This document shows positions 57,156 through 64,000 of a DNA stretch of 64,000 bases, in pieces (position 1 is the first letter of the stretch; each line of letters starts with the position of its first letter). Position numbers and translations under genes: made by a program. The notes beneath the pieces were generated by a model. It did not search any database and was not told where the DNA came from. It saw nothing but the letters and a program-made list of their open reading frames with translations. The DNA is taken from contig JAHWKT010000001.1 in NCBI GenBank assembly GCA_019347695.1, positions 24,230 to 88,229 of the forward strand, in the 5' to 3' direction. The stretch comes from Actinomycetota bacterium. Its GTDB lineage: Bacteria > Actinomycetota > Nitriliruptoria > Euzebyales > JAHELV01.

Positions 57156-57428
57156 ATGTCCACACGCCCAACGCGGACGCTGCCCGCACTGCTGCTGGTG
57201 GCGGTCCTGACCGGCGCCGGATGTGCCCAGGGCGCGGCCGAGGAGCCACCCCCGGATGGCGCCACGTCGGCCTCCTCGGCGCCCGCCCCGCAGGCCGAGC
57301 CGCCCGCGCCTGCGGCGGCTCCGTCCGCCGACGGTCCGGCCGAGGTGGCTGGGGCGGAGGGTCCAGCGGCGGTCGCGACCACCAGCTCGACGGTTACGGC
57401 ACGGCGCTCGTCGATGGTGCGGGGCTGA
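57156..57428 (+). CDS. Putative secreted Ala/Pro-rich lipoprotein (possibly a disrupted gene; see findings)
   Basis: Signal peptide plus a lipobox-like LTGAGC. The ORF ends at an in-frame TGA that is followed by 42 more codons with coding-like GC3. Confidence 0.35.
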   Translation: MSTRPTRTLPALLLVAVLTGAGCAQGAAEEPPPDGATSASSAPAPQAEPPAPAAAPSADGPAEVAGAEGPAAVATTSSTVTARRSSMVRG

Positions 57429-57557
57429 CGCGTACGTCTTCTTCGAGGGCCGGGCGACGTCCTCGGCTTCGGGCTGGGCAACGTGTGGTATCCGGTGGCG
57501 CCGGACGGAGAGCCGATCGACGTCGCAGAGGACCGCGACTCCGGCGACGGCTACTGA

Positions 57558-57950
57558 TCACCGCCCGTCCCGCGTGCCGCGTCCGACGTCGACCGCGATT
57601 GGCAGTGCGGTGTCGCGCCAGCCGACGAGATCCCGATCCGGGGTCGTGTACGCCGACCACACGAGGTGGCGGGCACGGGCGTCCTCGTCGCTGTCGGCGT
57701 CGACGATCCGCGCGTGGCCGGTCGCCGTGCGATCGGCGATCCGCAGCGTGACGCGGGGCTCGCGGAGCAGGTTGCGGACCCAGTCGGCGCGGTCGCGCCC
57801 ACCCGCGAGGAAGTAGGCGGTGGCACCGTCGACCGCGAACCAGATCTCGATCTCGTGCGGGCGGCCGGTCACGCGTCCGGTCGTCGTGAGGTACGCGAAC
57901 GGCTCGTCGCTGACGGTGGCCAGCCACGCCGCCGGGTCGTCGATGGTCAT
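57558..57950 (-). CDS. PNPOx-like split-barrel protein (deazaflavin/FMN-dependent nitroreductase family)
   Basis: LTTTGRVTGRPHEIEIWFAVDG..AYFLAGGRDRADWVRNL. Confidence 0.65.
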   Translation of the reverse strand: MTIDDPAAWLATVSDEPFAYLTTTGRVTGRPHEIEIWFAVDGATAYFLAGGRDRADWVRNLLREPRVTLRIADRTATGHARIVDADSDEDARARHLVWSAYTTPDRDLVGWRDTALPIAVDVGRGTRDGR

Positions 57951-58081
57951 GCGGTCACGCCTCTGCTCCGACCGAGTGCGTCATCAGCAAGGGTGACACG
58001 GCCGACGGGTCTCCACGCCGCGGGCCATCGCCGTGCGGCTGGAGCGCGGACCGGGGCGTGCGGTGTGCGAGGATTGCGTCC

Positions 58082-58612
58082 ATGGTGAGCGGGGCGCTGG
58101 ACATCGCACTGCTGGTCGTCGTCGCGGCGATCGCGACCACGTCGCTGGTGGTCGCCGTCGCCGCGGTCGCGGTCCAGCGTCGGATCAGGCGCACGCTACG
58201 GGTCGGCACCGGTGCGTCGGGCAATGAGCTGCTGGTGGCGCTGCGCGACCACGACGACGATCTCGACGCGCTCGACGCCGCCGTCGTCGATCTGCGGGCC
58301 CGTCTCACCACGGTCGAACGCGACCTCGACCTGTGCACGAGCCGGGTGGCCATGGTGCACTACGACGCCTTCCCCGACATGGGTGGCAAGCTATCGTTCT
58401 CGGTTGCGATGCTCGATGAGCAGGGAGATGGCATCGTGCTCTCAGTGATCAACGGCCGCAGCGAGACGCGGGCCTGGGGCAAGCGCGTCGTCGCCGGCGC
58501 CAGCCGCCAGCGCCTGTCCAGCGAGGAGGCCGACGTGCTGCAGCGCGCGCTGGTGCTCGATCGGCGGCGCGCCGACATGACCCCGGCCGGTGACAGCCAT
58601 GACCTCAAGTAG
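58082..58612 (+). CDS. DUF4446-like membrane-anchored protein
   Basis: N-terminal TM helix, then VHYDAFPDMGGKLSFSVAMLDEQGDGIVLSVINGRSETR. Its TAG stop lies inside the repeat unit. Confidence 0.65.
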   Translation: MVSGALDIALLVVVAAIATTSLVVAVAAVAVQRRIRRTLRVGTGASGNELLVALRDHDDDLDALDAAVVDLRARLTTVERDLDLCTSRVAMVHYDAFPDMGGKLSFSVAMLDEQGDGIVLSVINGRSETRAWGKRVVAGASRQRLSSEEADVLQRALVLDRRRADMTPAGDSHDLK

Positions 58613-58654
58613 CGGAGCGGTAGGTCACGGGATGACCTCAAGTAGCGGAGCGGT
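58599..58654 (+). repeat. Tandem repeat, 33-nt period (about 1.7 units), spanning the DUF4446 stop and the pheA start; same family as 35999-36057
   Basis: ATGACCTCAAGTAGCGGAGCGGT occurs at 58599-58621 and 58632-58654. The core AGTAGCGGAGCGGTAGGTCAC closely matches the gyrA-spacer unit AGTAGCGACAGCGGTAGGTCAC. Confidence 0.9.
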
Positions 58655-59576
58655 GCGTCGCATCGCCTATCTGGGACCCGACGGCAGCTTCGCGTCGGAG
58701 GCGGCCCGGCGGGCCAGCCACAAGCCCGCGTCGCTGCAGCCGATGCCCACGGTGGTCGACGTCGTCGATGCGGTTCGAGCCGGCGCCTGCGACTGGGGCG
58801 TCGTTCCGATGGAGAACTCGGTCGAGGGCTCGGTCAACGTCACCCTCGACGAGCTGGCGTTCGGCGGCGCCGGCGTCTACATCCGCGCCGAGATCACCAT
58901 GCCGGTGACGATGAACCTGCTCGGACGCGACGACGCCGACCTGACCGACATCGTCGTCGTCCGCAGCCACTCGCATGCGCTCGCCCAGTCCCGCGGGTGG
59001 CTTGCCGCCAACCTGCCGCAGGCCCGGCAGGAGGCCGTGACCTCCACCGCCGAGGCGGCCCGCCAGGTCGGTGCGGATCGCACGCTGGCGGCCATCGGCA
59101 CCACCGCGGCCGCGAGCCGCTTCGGGCTGTCGATCACCGCCGCCGACATCGGCGATCACAGCGACACGGCGACCCGGTTCGTGGTGCTCGGCGACCACTT
59201 CGCCGCCGCGACGGGCGCCGACAAGACGTCGATGGTCGTGTTCTTCGGCAACGACCGGCCTGGCCAGCTCGTCCAGGTGCTCAACGAGTTCGCGATGCGC
59301 AGCATCAACCTGACGAAGATCGAGTCACGTCCCACAAAGAAGCAGCTCGGCGAGTACTGCATCTTCATCGACTGCGTCGGCCACATCTGTGAACCGCGGG
59401 TCGGCGAGGCGCTGCGCAGCGTCCACCGCCACGTCGCCGAGCTGCGCGTGCTCGGGTCGTACGCGCGGTCGGGCGGCCACACCGAGACGACCACCTCGAG
59501 TGACAGCGCGGTCGCCTACGCCGAGTCGGACGACTGGTACGCCAGGATCCTGCAGCACGCCGACGACGGCGGATGA
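58632..59576 (+). CDS. pheA: Prephenate dehydratase
   Basis: IAYLGPDGSFASEAA, ENSVEGSV, TRF.V.G, and the ACT domain ESRPTKK.LGEY.F. The ATG at 58632 is preferred because GGTAGG lies 7 nt upstream; in-frame upstream ATGs at 58599 and 58590 are created by the repeat. Confidence 0.9.
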   Translation: MTSSSGAVRRIAYLGPDGSFASEAARRASHKPASLQPMPTVVDVVDAVRAGACDWGVVPMENSVEGSVNVTLDELAFGGAGVYIRAEITMPVTMNLLGRDDADLTDIVVVRSHSHALAQSRGWLAANLPQARQEAVTSTAEAARQVGADRTLAAIGTTAAASRFGLSITAADIGDHSDTATRFVVLGDHFAAATGADKTSMVVFFGNDRPGQLVQVLNEFAMRSINLTKIESRPTKKQLGEYCIFIDCVGHICEPRVGEALRSVHRHVAELRVLGSYARSGGHTETTTSSDSAVAYAESDDWYARILQHADDGG

Positions 59577-60481
59577 TCCTCGCCACGTCGCCGGTCTCGT
59601 CGACGGCGAGCGAGGCCGCGGGGGCGGTCACCGAGGCCGCCGACGAGGCGCGTTCGCTCGGCGCATCCCTCCTCGACCGTCTACCGGCTATCGGCGTCGC
59701 GGTCGGCGTGGGCATCGCCGCCCTCGTCGTCGCGCTGCTCATCGCCAAGGCGGTCGAACGGACGCTCGCGCGGACCCGTGCCGACCAGGTCGCGGTCGTC
59801 CTGCTGTCGCGCATCGTGCGGTTGCTCGGGATCATCGGCGCCCTGCTCCTGGCACTCGCGATCGCCGGCGTCGCGGTCGGCTCGGTGCTCGCCGGTCTCG
59901 CCGTCGCCGGGGTCGCCGTCGGGTTGGCCGTCCAGGGGATCCTCGAGAACTTCATCGCCGGGGTGATCCTGCTGGTCCGCAAGCCGTTCTCGGCAGGCGA
60001 CCAGGTGAGGACCGGCGACTTCGAGGGGACCATCGACGCAATCGACCTGCGCGTCACGCGCCTGATCGACTACAATGGCGAGCTGATCCTCATCCCCAAC
60101 CGCGACGTCTACAACAATCCGCTCGTCAACCTCACCCGCCGCGGCAAGCGCCGGACGGTGGTGATGGTCGGCGTCGACTACCGCGACGACCACGACGACG
60201 CGCGCAGCGTCATCCTCGACGCGATTCGCTCGGTGTCGGGGGTGCTCGACCATCCCGAACCCGAGGTGCTGCTCACCGAGCTCGGCGAGTCCAGCGTCAA
60301 CTTCGAGGTCCGCTACTGGACCCGGCCGGACATCCGCAGCGTCCGGCGGACCCAGGACCGGGTGCTGGCCGCGGCGAAGCGCGGCATCCAGGAGGCCGGC
60401 ATGACGATCCCCTGGCCGATCCGCACCCTGGTCCCCGACGGCACGTTCCGGACTACCCGCGAGGAGGATCCGCGTGCGTAG
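59573..60481 (+). CDS. mscS: Small-conductance mechanosensitive channel (MscS family)
   Basis: LENFIAGVILLVRKPFSAGDQVRTGDFEGTIDAIDLRVTRL..YNGELILIPN. Confidence 0.85.
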   Translation: MILATSPVSSTASEAAGAVTEAADEARSLGASLLDRLPAIGVAVGVGIAALVVALLIAKAVERTLARTRADQVAVVLLSRIVRLLGIIGALLLALAIAGVAVGSVLAGLAVAGVAVGLAVQGILENFIAGVILLVRKPFSAGDQVRTGDFEGTIDAIDLRVTRLIDYNGELILIPNRDVYNNPLVNLTRRGKRRTVVMVGVDYRDDHDDARSVILDAIRSVSGVLDHPEPEVLLTELGESSVNFEVRYWTRPDIRSVRRTQDRVLAAAKRGIQEAGMTIPWPIRTLVPDGTFRTTREEDPRA

Positions 60482-61808
60482 GGTCCACGCCGGCCTGTTG
60501 GCCGTCGTCGTGCTCGCGGTCGCCGCGGCGGTCACCGGCGCGGCGTTGCTGTGGCCGACCGCCGCGCCCGCCGTTGACCCATCGGTGGCCGGCGACGACG
60601 TGCGCCTGCAGGCCGGCACGTTGACCGCCATCGCGCAGCTCGAAGAGGCCGACATGGCCGGGCTGGCGCCAGGCGCGCGGACGCTGCGGCTCACCGCGGA
60701 GCTCGCCGACGGCCGCGAGGTCGAGTTCGAGATGGTCGACGAGACCGGCGACACCTTCGCGGTCGGCCAGCGGGTGCGCGTCGCGGAGGTCGGGGCTCCC
60801 GACGGCGGCACGACCTTCTACGTCAACGACATCGAACGCACCCGTCCGCTGCTGCTGCTCACCGGCGTGTTCCTCGTTGCCGTGCTGGTCTTCGGTCGCT
60901 GGCAGGGTCTGCGGGCCCTGCTCGGCCTGGCGCTGACGCTGGCGGTGGTCGTCGTGTACGTCGTGCCGGCTGTGCTCGCCGGCAGCGATCCGACGCTGGT
61001 CGCCCTGTCCGCCGCGGTGCTCATCATGGCGATCACGCTGTACCTCACGCACGGGGTGCGACCCAAGACGACCGCGGCGGTCGTGGGCACTCTGGCCGCA
61101 CTCGGCGTGACCGTCGGGCTGTCGTGGCTGTTCATCCGGTTGACGGCGCTCACGGGACTGTCCAGTGAGGAGGCCCGCATGGCGAGCCTGCAGGTCGGCG
61201 GCCTGTCGCTGCGCGGTCTGCTGCTGGCCGGGATCATCATCGGCGCGCTCGGGGTGCTCGACGACGTCACGATGGCGCAGTCGTCGACGGTGTTCGAGCT
61301 GCGTCGGGCCGACCCGCGGGCCGGGTTCGCCGCGCTGTTCTCCGGCGGCATGGCCGTCGGTCGCGACCACGTGGCGGCGACCATCAACACGCTGTTCCTC
61401 GCGTACGTCGGCGCGTCGCTGCCGTTGCTCATCCTGTTCAGCGGTTCGCCGGACCCGTTCCCGATCATCGCCTCGAGCGAGATCGTGGCCGTTGAGATCG
61501 TGCGGACCCTGGTCGGATCGATCGGACTGATGGCCAGCGTGCCGGTCACCACCGCGCTGGCCGCGTGGCTGGCGCATGCCCGCAGCGCTGCCGACGCGGT
61601 CGAGGTCGCCGCCAGCGAGCATGTCGGCGCCGGCCGTGACCGGCGCCGACGGCCGCTGCGTCGGCGCCGGACCGACGAGCGTGAGGCGTCGCTGCTGGAT
61701 GAGAATGGCGACGACGGCGAACTGGACTGGGAGCGGCGACTGCGCGCATCCTACGGACTGCACCGCGGTCCCGACCGACGGCCGCCGGTGTCCGACGACA
61801 CGGCGTAG
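60474..61808 (+). CDS. YibE/F family membrane protein
   Basis: Extracytoplasmic N-terminal domain followed by multiple TM helices with GALGVLDDVTMAQSS and GRDHVAATINTLFLAY. Confidence 0.75.
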   Translation: MRRVHAGLLAVVVLAVAAAVTGAALLWPTAAPAVDPSVAGDDVRLQAGTLTAIAQLEEADMAGLAPGARTLRLTAELADGREVEFEMVDETGDTFAVGQRVRVAEVGAPDGGTTFYVNDIERTRPLLLLTGVFLVAVLVFGRWQGLRALLGLALTLAVVVVYVVPAVLAGSDPTLVALSAAVLIMAITLYLTHGVRPKTTAAVVGTLAALGVTVGLSWLFIRLTALTGLSSEEARMASLQVGGLSLRGLLLAGIIIGALGVLDDVTMAQSSTVFELRRADPRAGFAALFSGGMAVGRDHVAATINTLFLAYVGASLPLLILFSGSPDPFPIIASSEIVAVEIVRTLVGSIGLMASVPVTTALAAWLAHARSAADAVEVAASEHVGAGRDRRRRPLRRRRTDEREASLLDENGDDGELDWERRLRASYGLHRGPDRRPPVSDDTA

Positions 61809-61814
61809 GGCGAC

Positions 61815-63104
61815 ATGATCGACATCCGACGGATCCGCGACGACTTCGACGAGACGGCGCGCGTGCTGGCGCGCCGTGGCGTGACCACCCGCGAGCTGGC
61901 CGCGATCCGCGAGCTCGACGAGCGCCGGCGTGCGCTCATCACCGAAGGCGACAACCTGCGCGCCGAACAGCGCGAGGGGTCACGGCGCATCGGCTCGGCA
62001 CCAGCCGAGGAGCGCACCGAGCTGATCGCCGCGGTCAAGGTCGTGTCGGCCCGGCTCGGCGACCTCGAGCCGCTGCAGGCCGACGCCGAGCGCGACCTCG
62101 AGCGTGCGCTGGCCGTCGTGCCCAACCTGCCGCACCCGGAGGCGCCGGACGGGCAGGACGACACCGACGCCGTGGAGCTGTCCACGTTCGGCGAGCGGCC
62201 GACGTTCGCGTTCGAGCCAGCCGACCACGTCGAGCTGGGCGAGGCCCTGGGCATCATCGACATCCCCCGCGCGGTCAAGGTCTCGGGCAGCAGGTTCACC
62301 TACCTGCTCGGCGCGGCGGTCCTGCTCGAGTTCGCGCTCGTCCGGTGGGGACTGGATCAGCTCGCGGTCCACGGGTTCCTGCCGGTGGTGCCTCCGGTGC
62401 TCACCCGCGAGGAGGCGCTGTACGGCACCGCGTTCCTGCCCAACGGCGCCGACCAGCTGTACCGCATGGAGCGCGACGACCTGTACCTGGTCGGCACGTC
62501 GGAGGTGCCCCTGGCCGGGCTGCACATGAACGAGATCATCGAGCGCGACGCGCTGCCGCTGCGCTACGGCGGCTTCTCGACCTGCTTCCGACGGGAGGCC
62601 GGCACCTACGGCAAGGACACGCGCGGCATCTTCCGCGTGCACCAGTTCGACAAGGTCGAGATGTTCGCCTTCGTGCTGCCCGAGGAGTCGGAGGACGAGC
62701 ATGGCCGTCTGCGCGACATCGAGGTCGAGTGCTTCAAGCAGCTGGGCCTGCACGGTCGCGTCGTCGACATCCCCGTCGGCGACCTCGGCGACTCCGCCGC
62801 GCGCAAGTACGACTGCGAGGTGTGGCTGCCCGGTCAGCAGGCGTACCGGGAGCTCACGTCGGCGTCGAACTGCACCGACTACCAGGCCCGCCGGCTCCGG
62901 TGCCGCTACCGCACGGCCGACGGCGACACGGCGATGGTCCACACCCTCAACGGAACGCTGATCGCCGTCGGGCGGACCCTGATCGCGCTGCTCGAGAACC
63001 ACCAGCGTGCGGACGGCAGCGTCGCGGTGCCGGAGGTGCTGCAGCCGTACCTCGGTACCGAGGTCATCACGGGACACACGATCGACGCCGCCCGGACCCG
63101 CTAG
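61815..63104 (+). CDS. serS: Serine--tRNA ligase
   Basis: MIDIRRIR coiled-coil arm and class II motifs FRREAG and TLNGT.IAVGRTL.ALLEN. Confidence 0.95.
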   Translation: MIDIRRIRDDFDETARVLARRGVTTRELAAIRELDERRRALITEGDNLRAEQREGSRRIGSAPAEERTELIAAVKVVSARLGDLEPLQADAERDLERALAVVPNLPHPEAPDGQDDTDAVELSTFGERPTFAFEPADHVELGEALGIIDIPRAVKVSGSRFTYLLGAAVLLEFALVRWGLDQLAVHGFLPVVPPVLTREEALYGTAFLPNGADQLYRMERDDLYLVGTSEVPLAGLHMNEIIERDALPLRYGGFSTCFRREAGTYGKDTRGIFRVHQFDKVEMFAFVLPEESEDEHGRLRDIEVECFKQLGLHGRVVDIPVGDLGDSAARKYDCEVWLPGQQAYRELTSASNCTDYQARRLRCRYRTADGDTAMVHTLNGTLIAVGRTLIALLENHQRADGSVAVPEVLQPYLGTEVITGHTIDAARTR

Positions 63105-63271
63105 CGCCGCGGGTAGCTCCACAGGAACAGCACGCACCCGGCGAGGAACACCACGCTGCCCGTGGTCATCAGCGGGTCGCCGTCACGCACTCCGGCGGCG
63201 ACGAAGATGCCGGCACACACGAGGAACAGCAGCCAGCCCACCAGCTCGCGCGGGTCGCGCACGACAGCCAC
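63101..63271 (-). CDS. 56-aa two-TM protein (hypothetical)
   Basis: The GTG at 63271 is preceded by GGGAAGGGA. VAVVRDPRELVGWLLFLVCAGIFVAAG...VVFLAGCVLFLW. Its stop overlaps the serS stop (CTAG). Confidence 0.4.
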   Translation of the reverse strand: MAVVRDPRELVGWLLFLVCAGIFVAAGVRDGDPLMTTGSVVFLAGCVLFLWSYPRR

Positions 63272-63365
63272 CGTCCCTTCCCTTCCGACGTCGGCGTGCG
63301 ACGATAGCGGCCCGAGACCGCGGGTTGGGTAGGGTGCCGGCAACGACGACGGCAGGAGGGCACAC

Positions 63366-64000
63366 ATGTCGCTGGTGGCCGGCGTCGACATCGGTGGCAC
63401 CAACATCGAGTGCGCGCTCGTCGACGACGATCACGATGTCGGCGACCGCGCCAAGACCAGGACGCCGACCGAGGGTCCGGCCGCGGTGATCGACGCGGTC
63501 GTCGACCTGATCGGCGGCCTCGACGAGGCGCCGTCGGCGGTCGGTGTCGGCATCCCCGGCCCGGTCAACGACGGCGTCGTCAGCCGCCCGCCGAACCTGG
63601 CGCTGTGGCCTGAGGAGGTCGAGCTCGCGGCCCGCCTCCGCGACGCGGTGGGTGTCCCCGTGGAGGTGGGAAACGACGCGAACGTCGGCGCGCTCGGCGA
63701 GTGGGTCGCCGGCGCCGGGCGTGGATCCAGGTTCATGCTCGGCGTGTGGATGGGCACCGGGGTCGGCGGCGGGCTTGTGCTCGACGGCCGTCCCTACACG
63801 GGGGCGTTCGGTGGCGCGGGCGAGTTCGGGCACATGATCGTGCACCACGGCGGCGCGCAGTGCGGCTGTGGCCGCCGTGGCTGCATCGAGGCGTACGCCG
63901 GCCGCGCCGCGATGGAACGCACCGCCGAGATGTCGCACCGCAGTGGCCGCGCGACGTCGCTGTTCGAGATCCGCGATGACGAGGGCAAGCAGCGGCTCAC
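63366..64000 (+). CDS. ROK-family sugar kinase (glucokinase-like), 3' end outside the window
   Basis: My own translation: MSLVAGVDIGGTNIE...VGNDANVGALGE...GGAGEFGHMIV...CGCGRRGCIEAY (ROK zinc motif). AGGAGGG RBS upstream. Absent from the track because it has no stop in the window. Confidence 0.8.
   Translation, partial: MSLVAGVDIGGTNIECALVDDDHDVGDRAKTRTPTEGPAAVIDAVVDLIGGLDEAPSAVGVGIPGPVNDGVVSRPPNLALWPEEVELAARLRDAVGVPVEVGNDANVGALGEWVAGAGRGSRFMLGVWMGTGVGGGLVLDGRPYTGAFGGAGEFGHMIVHHGGAQCGCGRRGCIEAYAGRAAMERTAEMSHRSGRATSLFEIRDDEGKQRL

Noticed and set aside
57426-57428. The in-frame TGA in the lipoprotein gene read as a selenocysteine codon.
   Set aside because: I can see no SECIS-like hairpin immediately downstream, the context is not redox-related, and no selA/selB/selC is in the window. 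A nonsense or frameshift lesion is more parsimonious.

Overview
Very GC-rich (about 70% by eye) chromosomal replication-origin region of an actinobacterium. I cannot name the species from sequence alone. Gene order is largely colinear with three conserved Mycobacterium tuberculosis blocks. (1) ponA / Rv0049-like / PadR / ino1. (2) cca, murJ, kinase, sigM, anti-sigma, trxB-trxA, cwlM, parB-parA-rsmG-jag-yidC-yidD-rnpA-rpmH. (3) dnaA-dnaN-recF-dciA-gyrB-gyrA, DUF3566, tRNA-Ile, tRNA-Ala, then crgA, trpG, and pknB-pbpA-rodA-pstP-fhaB-fhaA with tRNA-Leu. The right end carries ppk1, pheA, mscS, a YibE/F protein, serS and a partial ROK kinase. Genes that break this canonical order are NiSOD (sodN/sodX), malQ, a REC-EAL response regulator, an orphan pilT, a TadE-like gene, an aminotransferase plus ddl, a DedA / ArsR-ArsC-fusion / ArsC operon beside tRNA-Ala, a class E sortase, and a degenerate adenylate-forming enzyme homologue. 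I saw no CRISPR array, transposase, integrase, rRNA or recognisable defence system, so overall this is core genome rather than an island. The most interesting signals are small and non-coding: a DnaA-box cluster in a convergent spacer next to crgA, about 11 kb from oriC; a dispersed MIRU-like tandem-repeat family of 33-36 nt units that sits at the gyrB-gyrA and DUF4446-pheA junctions and supplies a Shine-Dalgarno (SD) sequence and start codon; a 43-bp tandem duplication at the recF/dciA junction; two parS sites; and paired SigR/SigH-type promoters for trxB and trxA. Many long ORFs in the track are antisense artefacts of high GC content and are not reported. Where start codons were moved from the ORF-track start, this was done by eye from homology of the N-terminus and from SD-like sequences, so those starts are approximate.
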